A DNA stretch of 64,000 bases. Origin: Bacillota bacterium (GTDB taxonomy: Bacteria > Bacillota > Clostridia > Oscillospirales > SIG627). The translations under genes were made by a program, and so were the position numbers. The stretch is taken from positions 8,566 to 72,565 of the forward strand of contig JAQXGK010000032.1 in NCBI GenBank assembly GCA_029006345.1, read 5' to 3'. Below, piece after piece: positions 55,251 through 62,962 of this stretch (positions are counted from its first letter, which is position 1; each line of letters starts with the position of its first letter). The notes beneath the pieces are model-generated. The model was not told the DNA's origin and made no database searches. It worked only from the letters and a program-made list of their open reading frames with translations.

Positions 55251-56711
55251 ATGCAAACACAAAAAAAGCAAGCCTCTGTTGACGCGCTATTTGAAGCTGT
55301 TGCTGCGAACGAAAAGAAGATGCGAGCCGAGCTTTCAAAATCAGGCAAGCTGACCGCGAGAGCAAGACTCGAAGCACTTTTCGACGAGCAGTCATTCACG
55401 GAGATAGGAGCATTCAACAGCCGTACAGCCGGCAACCCCGCCGACAGTGATAGAATTGTAGCGGGATACGGCGCCGTAGACGGCAGACTTGTATTTGCAT
55501 TTTCACAGGAATTTTCACAGGAATTGGGTGCCTTTGGAGAGGCGGCGGCAAAAAAGATTTGCTCCCTTTACGAGCTTGCCGTTAAGAAGGGTTCGCCGAT
55601 TATAGCAATGCTGGATTCAAACGGTGCCAAGCTTGAGGAGGATGTCTCCCTGTTTGCAAGCTACGGCAAAGTTATTAAAAAAGCCGCCGAGTCCAGCGGA
55701 GTAATCCCTCAGATTGCCGTTGTTTGCGGCGTATGCAGCGGTGCTCTCGCTCTTTTTGCCGGCAACTGCGACTTTATTATCGCCTGCGAAAATAACTCGA
55801 GCATGTTTCTAAACTCACCCGCTAAAATCAAATCGCTCAATAAAGCAAGAGAAGACTTTTCAACAGCGTACGATACCGCAGCAAACGGAATATCGGCTAT
55901 CACCTGCTCAAACGAAGACCAGGCGATTTTTTCGGCAAAGAAGCTTCTCTCTTTGCTTCCCTCTAATAACGAAGACGGCGCTCCGAACTACGACCAGTCA
56001 GACGATGTAAATCGCAAGACCGCCTGCTTCTCAAGTGCGGACACAAGCATTGCCTTTGACGCGGCAAGCGTGATTGCCGATCTCGCCGATTCCGGCGATG
56101 TCTTTGAGCTTTATTCAGACTTCGCGCCCGAGCTCAAAACCGGCTTTATCACACTCGGCGGCCAGTCCTGCGGATTTATAGCCAACGACCCGACGGTTTC
56201 CGGCGGCAAGCTTACGGCAAATGCCTGCAAGAAGGCTGCCAGAATGGTTGACTTCTGCAATCTGTTCGACATCACGGTAATAAATCTTATAAACACCGAG
56301 GGCTTTGACGCTGAAAACGAAGCAAACGGCAACCTTATAACTCCGGCAAGCGAGCTTGCCCTCGCATATTCGCTCTGCGAAGCACCGGTAATCACTCTTG
56401 TAGTCGGCAAAGCATACGGCAGTGCCTTTACGGCGCTTGCCTCCAAGGAGCTTGGCGCAGATGTCGTTTTTGCCCTTCCCTATGCCGAAATCAGCATTCT
56501 GTCACCGGAAACCGGAGTGTCGTTCCTCTGGAATGATAAGTTCGCGGATGTAAAGGATGCGATAAGCGGAAGAAATGAGCTTATAGCAAAGTGGAGACAA
56601 GACAACACTTCTCCCGTTGCAGCCGCCTCCTGCGGACTTATAGATGATATTATCCGACCGGAGGAAGCGCGTCAGCGTTTGATATCGGCCGTATATATGC
56701 TGAATAAATAA
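55251..56711 (+). CDS. carboxyltransferase-domain protein (acyl-CoA carboxylase beta / methylmalonyl-CoA decarboxylase alpha type, divergent)
   Basis: ORF 55233 (TTG) trimmed to ATG 55251. Two crotonase-like halves are recognisable (FAFSQEF...DSNGAKLEE...; ANDPTVSGGKLTANACKKAARMVDFCNLFDI...VVGKAYGSAF). Confidence 0.8.
   Translation: MQTQKKQASVDALFEAVAANEKKMRAELSKSGKLTARARLEALFDEQSFTEIGAFNSRTAGNPADSDRIVAGYGAVDGRLVFAFSQEFSQELGAFGEAAAKKICSLYELAVKKGSPIIAMLDSNGAKLEEDVSLFASYGKVIKKAAESSGVIPQIAVVCGVCSGALALFAGNCDFIIACENNSSMFLNSPAKIKSLNKAREDFSTAYDTAANGISAITCSNEDQAIFSAKKLLSLLPSNNEDGAPNYDQSDDVNRKTACFSSADTSIAFDAASVIADLADSGDVFELYSDFAPELKTGFITLGGQSCGFIANDPTVSGGKLTANACKKAARMVDFCNLFDITVINLINTEGFDAENEANGNLITPASELALAYSLCEAPVITLVVGKAYGSAFTALASKELGADVVFALPYAEISILSPETGVSFLWNDKFADVKDAISGRNELIAKWRQDNTSPVAAASCGLIDDIIRPEEARQRLISAVYMLNK
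55501..55524 (+). repeat. perfect 12-bp tandem duplication inside the carboxyltransferase CDS
   Basis: TTTCACAGGAAT x2, encoding FSQE-FSQE. Confidence 0.9.
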
Positions 56712-56725
56712 GGAGGAGTCTCATC

Positions 56726-57034
56726 ATGTGGGAAATTGCAGAGAGTGCCTCCTTCCTTGAAAAGCTCGCCTTCGGCGGCAAGGTTACCCTGTTCGGTCTT
56801 GGCACTGTATTTTCTATTCTTTTTATCGTTTTGAAAATACTCGGCTTTATTTTTGACCGTCCGAAAAAGGCAGAGGAACCCAAGGCCGAGCCCAAAGCGA
56901 TAGAGCCTATCAAGGAAAAGGTTGAACTCAAGAGCGACGATTCCGAGCTTGTAGCGGTAATTGCGGCGGCAGTGGCGGCTTATACCGGCGCAAGTTCAGA
57001 TTCCTTCAGAGTGGTTTCATTTAAGAGAAAATAA
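56726..57034 (+). CDS. OadG-family small membrane subunit of a Na+-translocating decarboxylase
   Basis: 102 aa. One TM helix ([15 protein letters not shown]), a Lys/Glu/Pro linker, and a C-terminal [11 protein letters not shown]. Confidence 0.6.
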   Translation: MWEIAESASFLEKLAFGGKVTLFGLGTVFSILFIVLKILGFIFDRPKKAEEPKAEPKAIEPIKEKVELKSDDSELVAVIAAAVAAYTGASSDSFRVVSFKRK

Positions 57035-57087
57035 CATTTTCAAAAGAAAGGTATTTTCCGGCTGTAAGCCGGAATCAGGAAAAAACC

Positions 57088-57468
57088 ATGAAAACATATT
57101 CCATAACCGTTAACGGCAAGACATATGAAGTTTCCGTTGAGGAAACAGGTGCTTCGAGCACACCCGCAGCGGCACCCAAGGCCGCTCCGGCAGCAGCTCC
57201 CAAGGCTGCATCCGCGCCTGCTCCCCAGGCAGCGCCCGCAGCTGCTCCTGCCGACGGCACACCGGTCAACTCGCCCATACCCGGCACCATACTCGACATC
57301 AAGGTTGCAAACGGCGCCAGCGTAACCAAGGGCCAGGTTCTTTGCATACTTGAAGCCATGAAAATGGAAAACGAAATCGTTTCTCCGATTGACGGAAAGA
57401 TTGCAAGCATCAATACAACAAAGGGCGCGTCTGTCAACTCCGGCGATCTGCTCTTTGTAGTAGCATAA
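57088..57468 (+). CDS. biotin carboxyl carrier protein (biotinyl domain with Ala/Pro linker)
   Basis: 126 aa. EAMKMENEI biotinylation motif. N-terminal mini-domain plus an (A/P)-rich linker. Confidence 0.85.
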   Translation: MKTYSITVNGKTYEVSVEETGASSTPAAAPKAAPAAAPKAASAPAPQAAPAAAPADGTPVNSPIPGTILDIKVANGASVTKGQVLCILEAMKMENEIVSPIDGKIASINTTKGASVNSGDLLFVVA

Positions 57469-57521
57469 TCAATAGTATGTAAAGGATTGTCTCTGTTGTA
57501 CGGAGATAAAAGGTCAAAGAT

Positions 57522-58712
57522 ATGTTAGAACAAATCGAAAGCTTCCTTGCAGGCACGGGTATCGCCAAGCTGTTCGGCTCTCCGGAAGCAGCAATAAAGA
57601 CCTTGATTATGTATGTCATTGTCGCAGTTCTTTTTTATCTTGCTATAGTCAAGAAATTCGAACCGCTGCTTCTTTTACCGATAACCTTCGGCATACTGCT
57701 TGCAAATCTTCCCGGAGCAGGTTTAATTCATATGGACTTCTTCATCCACTCGGACGGCAGCCCGATTGATATAGTGCAGATAGTTCAGGAGGGCAATCTG
57801 CTCGACTTCCTGTATCTGGGCGTCAAGCTCGGTATATATCCGCCGCTCATATTCCTCGGAATAGGCGCGATGACCGACTTCTCTCCCCTGATTTCCAACC
57901 CGAAATCACTCTTCCTCGGCGCTGCAGCCCAATTCGGAGTTTTCGCCGCATTCACAGGCGCTATACTGCTCGGCTTTAACGCGCTTGAGGCTGCTTCCAT
58001 CGGTATCATCGGCGGTGCCGACGGCCCCACGGCGATATTCGTAACAAAAACTCTCGCTCCGGCTCTGCTAGGCCCCATAGCCATCGCGGCTTACTCATAT
58101 ATGGCGCTTGTGCCTTTTATTCAGCCGCCTATCATGAAGCTGTGTACGACAAAGAAAGAGCGAGCTATAGAAATGAAGACTCTCCGCACGGTATCTAAAA
58201 CCGAGCAGATTCTCTTCCCTGTCATAGTAACTCTCGTTGTCTGCCTGCTTATTCCCGACTGTGCGCCGCTCATCGGCATGCTGATGCTCGGAAACCTGTT
58301 CCGTGTCAGCGGTGTTGTCGACAGAATCTCAAAAGCAGCTCAAAACGAGCTTATGAATATTGTAACCATTCTGCTGGGCGTCTCGGTAGGCGCTACTGCA
58401 AATGCAAATACATTCCTGAGCGCCAAGACGCTGTATATCGTCTGCCTCGGTCTCGCTGCGTTTGCGTTTGCCACCCTCGGCGGCGTGCTTTTCGGCAAGC
58501 TTATGTGCTTCCTTACCCACGGTAAGGTCAACCCGCTTATCGGCTCTGCCGGTGTTTCCGCTGTTCCGATGGCGGCCCGTGTAGCGCAAAAGGTCGGCAG
58601 TCAGGAAAATCCGACCAACTTCCTGCTCATGCATGCCATGGGTCCGAATGTTGCGGGTGTTATCGGCTCTGCCGTAGCCGCCGGAGTATTTATTACTCTG
58701 TTCAGTCACTAA
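57522..58712 (+). CDS. Na+-translocating decarboxylase beta subunit (OadB/MmdB/GcdB family)
   Basis: 396 aa polytopic protein. GGADGPTAIF and GSAGVSAVPMAARV motifs. Confidence 0.9.
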   Translation: MLEQIESFLAGTGIAKLFGSPEAAIKTLIMYVIVAVLFYLAIVKKFEPLLLLPITFGILLANLPGAGLIHMDFFIHSDGSPIDIVQIVQEGNLLDFLYLGVKLGIYPPLIFLGIGAMTDFSPLISNPKSLFLGAAAQFGVFAAFTGAILLGFNALEAASIGIIGGADGPTAIFVTKTLAPALLGPIAIAAYSYMALVPFIQPPIMKLCTTKKERAIEMKTLRTVSKTEQILFPVIVTLVVCLLIPDCAPLIGMLMLGNLFRVSGVVDRISKAAQNELMNIVTILLGVSVGATANANTFLSAKTLYIVCLGLAAFAFATLGGVLFGKLMCFLTHGKVNPLIGSAGVSAVPMAARVAQKVGSQENPTNFLLMHAMGPNVAGVIGSAVAAGVFITLFSH

Positions 58713-58769
58713 TGCTTGCACCGGATAAACCGGAAATCTATCTATTATAATTTATTTAAGGAGAACAAA

Positions 58770-60164
58770 ATGGGCGTTAAAATTACAGAAACCGTACTTC
58801 GTGACTCCCATCAGTCGCTCATCGCAACAAGAATGACGACTGAAGAAATGCTTCCCATCCTCCCTGCGCTCGACGAAGTAGGATATAACGCGCTCGAATG
58901 CTGGGGCGGTGCCACATTCGACGCATGCCTGAGATTCTTAAATGAGGATCCCTGGGAGAGACTCCGCAAAATTCGCGATAAGGTTAAAAACACTAAGCTT
59001 CAGATGCTTTTCAGAGGCCAGAACATTCTCGGATACCGTCATTATGCCGATGATGTAGTAGAGTACTTTGTCCAGCGTTCAATAGCAAACGGCATCGACA
59101 TTATCCGTATCTTTGACGCGCTTAACGACAAACGCAATCTCAAGGTTGCAATTGATGCGGCTAAAAAGGAAAAAGGACATGTTCAGGCAGCCTTCAGCTA
59201 TACGACAGGTCCCGTTTATACGCTCGAATACTTCACAAACTTTGCGCGCGAGCTTGAAGAGATGGGTGCGGATTCAATCTGCATCAAAGATATGGCTGGT
59301 CTTCTCAAGCCGTATGACGCATATGATCTCGTAAAGGCGCTCAAGGAAACCGTAAAGGTTCCGATAGAGCTCCATACCCACTATACCTCCGGACTCGCTT
59401 CCATGACGGCGCTCAAGGCTGTTGAAGCAGGCGTCGATATAATCGACTGCGCCATCTCGTCGTTTGCCATGGGTACCAGCCAGCCGCCCACAGAACCGAT
59501 TGTCGCGGCTCTTCAGGGCACTGAATACGACACGGGACTTTCACTTGAAAAGCTCGACGTAATTTCAAAATACTTCACTCCCCTTCGCGAGAAATACATC
59601 GCCTCAGGTCTGCTCGACCCGAATGTGCTCAAGGTCAATGTCAATGCTCTGCTGTATCAGGTTCCCGGCGGAATGCTTTCCAACCTTATTTCACAGCTCA
59701 AGCAGGCAGGCAGCTCAGATAAACTGACAGAAGTTCTTGAGGAAGTACCGAGAGTCCGTGCGGACGCCGGCTATCCTCCGCTTGTAACTCCGAGCTCACA
59801 GATAGTCGGAACACAGGCGGTTCTCAACGTTTTGAACGGTCAGCGTTATAAAATGGTGACAAAGGAATTCAAGGGACTTATCAAGGGCGAATACGGCAAA
59901 GCTCCCATGGATATCAAGCCGGAATTTGTAAAACAAATCATCGGCGACGAGCCCCGGATCACAGGCCGCCCCGCCGATGCTCTCAAGCCCGAGCTTGACA
60001 AGCTCCGCGAGGAATGCAAGCCGTATATCGAGCAGGAAGAGGATGTCCTTTCCTACGCTTTATTCGAGCAGGTTGCCGTTAAATTCTTTGAAGCAAGAAA
60101 AGCGGCAAAATACGGTATTGATATAGACAATGCCGACGCGGACAAGAAGATACACACCGTATAA
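58770..60164 (+). CDS. oxaloacetate decarboxylase alpha / transcarboxylase 5S-type carboxyltransferase, without a biotinyl domain
   Basis: ORF trimmed to ATG 58770 behind AAGGAGAA. ITETVLRDSHQSL...CIKDMAGLL...HTHYTSGLA (HMGL-like TIM barrel). Ends without an AMKM motif. Confidence 0.9.
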   Translation: MGVKITETVLRDSHQSLIATRMTTEEMLPILPALDEVGYNALECWGGATFDACLRFLNEDPWERLRKIRDKVKNTKLQMLFRGQNILGYRHYADDVVEYFVQRSIANGIDIIRIFDALNDKRNLKVAIDAAKKEKGHVQAAFSYTTGPVYTLEYFTNFARELEEMGADSICIKDMAGLLKPYDAYDLVKALKETVKVPIELHTHYTSGLASMTALKAVEAGVDIIDCAISSFAMGTSQPPTEPIVAALQGTEYDTGLSLEKLDVISKYFTPLREKYIASGLLDPNVLKVNVNALLYQVPGGMLSNLISQLKQAGSSDKLTEVLEEVPRVRADAGYPPLVTPSSQIVGTQAVLNVLNGQRYKMVTKEFKGLIKGEYGKAPMDIKPEFVKQIIGDEPRITGRPADALKPELDKLREECKPYIEQEEDVLSYALFEQVAVKFFEARKAAKYGIDIDNADADKKIHTV

Positions 60165-60165
60165 A

Positions 60166-60185
60166 TATTTACAAGTATTTACAAG
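60166..60185 (+). repeat. perfect 10-bp tandem repeat TATTTACAAG x2
   Basis: Begins one nucleotide after the operon stop codon (TAA at 60162..60164) and lies upstream of the terminator. Confidence 0.9.
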
Positions 60186-60190
60186 CAAAA

Positions 60191-60226
60191 GCGGATATGA
60201 ATCTTTTGATTCATATCCGCTTTTTT
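60191..60226 (+). terminator. rho-independent terminator of the decarboxylase operon
   Basis: 13-bp stem GCGGATATGAATC/GATTCATATCCGC, loop TTTT, followed by T6. Confidence 0.85.
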
Positions 60227-60309
60227 ACTGCTGACAACAATAATTTTTTGCGCCGAAACGGCAGGGCCGTTTGCAAACAGGTGCCAATCTCACCGCAGGT
60301 GCGCAATCA

Positions 60310-61686
60310 TTAACCGAGCTTTAATATCTTGTCGCCGATATACAGGCCGTTTGCCGCCGCCTGCGAAAGACTGCGCGTTATTCCGGCGCCGTCGCCGATA
60401 GCGTATATATTTTTACAGCCCTTTATCTCAAAATCTTCATTTTCCGGGCGTGCAGAATAATACTTGCACTCTACGCCGTACAGCAATGTGTCGTAATTTG
60501 CTGTTCCCGGGGCGATTTTGTCGAGAGCATACAGGGTTTCGATGATATTATCAAGCTGACGTTTCGGAAGGCAAAGGCTCAGATCTCCCGGCACCGCATT
60601 GAGCGTAGGACGGGTTGTAGAAGCCAGCATTCGCTTCTCATCGCTTCTTCTGCCGTTAACAAGATCGCCGAATCTTTGAACGAGTATGCTGTCACCGCTC
60701 AAAAGGTTGGCAAGCCCGGCAACTCTGCGGGCATACTCGATGGGATTCTTGAAAGGCTCGGTAAACTTCATAGTCGCAAGCAGAGCGAAGTTTGAGTTCT
60801 GAGTTCTTCTCGCGGGGTCGGCATACGAATGACCGTTTACCGAAAGGATACCGTTAGTATTCTCTGTAACGACATTCCCTCCGACATTAAAGCAGAACAT
60901 ACGGGTAACATCGCCGTACTTTTGCGAGCGATACCATATTTTGGGCTCGTAAACCTGGTTGGAAAAATCCTCCCATATCAAGCGCGGCAGTTCGACTCGA
61001 ACACCGATATCAACCTGATTGTTCTGAAGCTCGATTCCGTTGCGCTCGCACCACTGACTGAACATTCCGCTTCCGACTCTTCCGACAGCAAATATAATAT
61101 ATTTACCCTCGTATTCACCCTCGCCGTCTGCGCTGACAGTCTTTACTATATGCCCTTCCTTATCAACATCTACCACCTTGGTGCCGGTATGAATCTCGAC
61201 GTTATCCGGTAAATTATCGATAAGGTTTTTCATGGTCTTCTGATTGTAATCGGTGCCGAGATGCTTAACCTCCGCCTGGTTCATGTGAAGGTCGTATTTC
61301 AAACATTTGCGCTTGAGCTCATCGCTCGGTTTATACCTCTCCGTCGTGGCTCCCGACTCGACAAGAATCTTATCGGCCTGCTCGATGTAATCTATAACCG
61401 TCTTCTCAGGCAAAAACTCGGTAAGCCATCCGCCGTACTCGGTAGAAATGATGTACTTCCCGTCCGAGAAGGCTCCGGCGCCTGCCATGCCCTCCATTAT
61501 AGCGCACGCATCGCACTTGACGCATTTAGAAGATTTTTTTGCTACTATAGGGCATACGCGCTTTTCGATAGGTTTTCCCTGCTCGAGAATAACCACACTT
61601 GCGCTTTTATCACTGTTTGCAATTCTGTGGGCAGCCATCAGTCCTCCGATGCCGCCGCCGATTATCACAACATCAAATTTTTTCAT
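60310..61686 (-). CDS. FAD-dependent oxidoreductase (uncharacterised dehydrogenase type)
   Basis: ORF trimmed to ATG 61686 (MKKFDVVIIGGGIGGLMAA). C-terminal GDGAG motif. Confidence 0.8.
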   Translation of the reverse strand: MKKFDVVIIGGGIGGLMAAHRIANSDKSASVVILEQGKPIEKRVCPIVAKKSSKCVKCDACAIMEGMAGAGAFSDGKYIISTEYGGWLTEFLPEKTVIDYIEQADKILVESGATTERYKPSDELKRKCLKYDLHMNQAEVKHLGTDYNQKTMKNLIDNLPDNVEIHTGTKVVDVDKEGHIVKTVSADGEGEYEGKYIIFAVGRVGSGMFSQWCERNGIELQNNQVDIGVRVELPRLIWEDFSNQVYEPKIWYRSQKYGDVTRMFCFNVGGNVVTENTNGILSVNGHSYADPARRTQNSNFALLATMKFTEPFKNPIEYARRVAGLANLLSGDSILVQRFGDLVNGRRSDEKRMLASTTRPTLNAVPGDLSLCLPKRQLDNIIETLYALDKIAPGTANYDTLLYGVECKYYSARPENEDFEIKGCKNIYAIGDGAGITRSLSQAAANGLYIGDKILKLG

Positions 61687-61842
61687 ATATGCACTGTACC
61701 TCCCTGTGAGACACACAAGTCCACATATATAATTCTATATCAAAATCAATTCATTGTCAATTGAAGCTTAACCCGAACTCATATGATAATATCAACAAAA
61801 ATCAACCCTATATTTGTATATTGTATTTTTATGGTGTTTTTA

Positions 61843-61871
61843 TTGCCTTTTTCTGATTTATGTGTCATAAT
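61843..61871 (+). promoter_or_regulatory. candidate sigma-A promoter of the DUF1700/DUF4097 pair
   Basis: TTGCCT-17 nt-CATAAT with TGt (extended -10). Confidence 0.45.
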
Positions 61872-61915
61872 TAAATTAGTATCCATATTAACAACTGACT
61901 TATGAGGTGAATAAT

Positions 61916-62911
61916 TTGACCGGAAATATGTTTCTGGACGAACTGAAGCGCAGACTCGACTTTTTGCCAACAAGCGAAAAACAAAGTATTCTGTCTTCAT
62001 ATGAGGAGCAATTATTCAATGCGCGGTCCGCAGCCGAGGAGGAAAAACTGCTTGAAAGCTTCGGCTCAATCGACAGCATTGTGCAAAAATACGAGCGCGA
62101 GCACGAAATTACCGAGATAGCCGGTACCTCCCAGAGCGAGCTTCCCTCGCTTAACGCAACAGCAGATTTGAAAGCTATTCTTTCGGAGGAAGGCTTCGTC
62201 GGCAGTGCAAAAGAATATATAAACGAAAAAGATATTATCATCGAGGACAACTCGTCTGATATCAAAACAAAAACTTTTTCCGATAAGTCACGTCCGCGCG
62301 CCGGCGGCGGACCGATAGTGCTTGATGACTTAACACCGACTAATCCTGTCGAGACTCCGTCGGAGGAGTTTGTTCCGTCGCCGGAGGCCGAACAAACAGG
62401 ATGTAATCCGTACATTGAAGAGGATGACTACGAGGAGTATGACGGACAGCAGGTAATTAATATTGAAGAAAACGAAAGCATTTTTGCAATAATAATCAAA
62501 CGTCTTAATGTCAGCCGAGGCGCAGCTCCCTTTATATTTATACTTCTTCTGCTTGTTTCTTTGCCGATTGTACTGATAATGCTGAGTGTCGCGCTCATTA
62601 TATATGCAGCCGCATATGCCGTTCTCGGCGCCGTAATACTTGCCGTCGTGCTTATAGCTGTCGCTTTTATTGCTTTGGGCGTTGTGGGACTGGTTAACGC
62701 CATAGTAACGCTGTTTAAGCAGATACCGCTCGGCATACTTGAAATAGGCCTTTCAACCATCGCATTTGCGGCAGCCATTGCGGTACTCGCCATAAGCTAT
62801 CAGCTGATCTTCGGTGTGGTTGCATCGGTTTCCCGCTTCATCACAGTTAAATTCAAATCTGTCCTTAGAAAAATCAAAAGCTTTATTCTCGGTTCAAATA
62901 AGCAAAAATAA
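61916..62911 (+). CDS. DUF1700-like membrane protein
   Basis: ORF 61907 (GTG). TTG 61916, 6 nt after GAGGTG, is preferred. N-terminus FLDELKRRLDFLPTSEKQSILSSYEEQL is typical of DUF1700. Has an acidic linker and a C-terminal cluster of TM helices. Confidence 0.6.
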   Translation: MTGNMFLDELKRRLDFLPTSEKQSILSSYEEQLFNARSAAEEEKLLESFGSIDSIVQKYEREHEITEIAGTSQSELPSLNATADLKAILSEEGFVGSAKEYINEKDIIIEDNSSDIKTKTFSDKSRPRAGGGPIVLDDLTPTNPVETPSEEFVPSPEAEQTGCNPYIEEDDYEEYDGQQVINIEENESIFAIIIKRLNVSRGAAPFIFILLLLVSLPIVLIMLSVALIIYAAAYAVLGAVILAVVLIAVAFIALGVVGLVNAIVTLFKQIPLGILEIGLSTIAFAAAIAVLAISYQLIFGVVASVSRFITVKFKSVLRKIKSFILGSNKQK

Positions 62912-62962
62912 ATTAAATTGATAATTCAAAGGAAGGAACGGCGCTAATCGCCGCATATCATA

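Noticed and set aside
57150-57260. Repetitive GC-rich DNA (GCAGC/GCTCC units) that produces long antisense ORFs.
   Set aside because: It encodes the Ala/Pro-rich flexible linker of the biotin carrier protein ([28 protein letters not shown]), a normal feature of such carriers rather than a repeat element.
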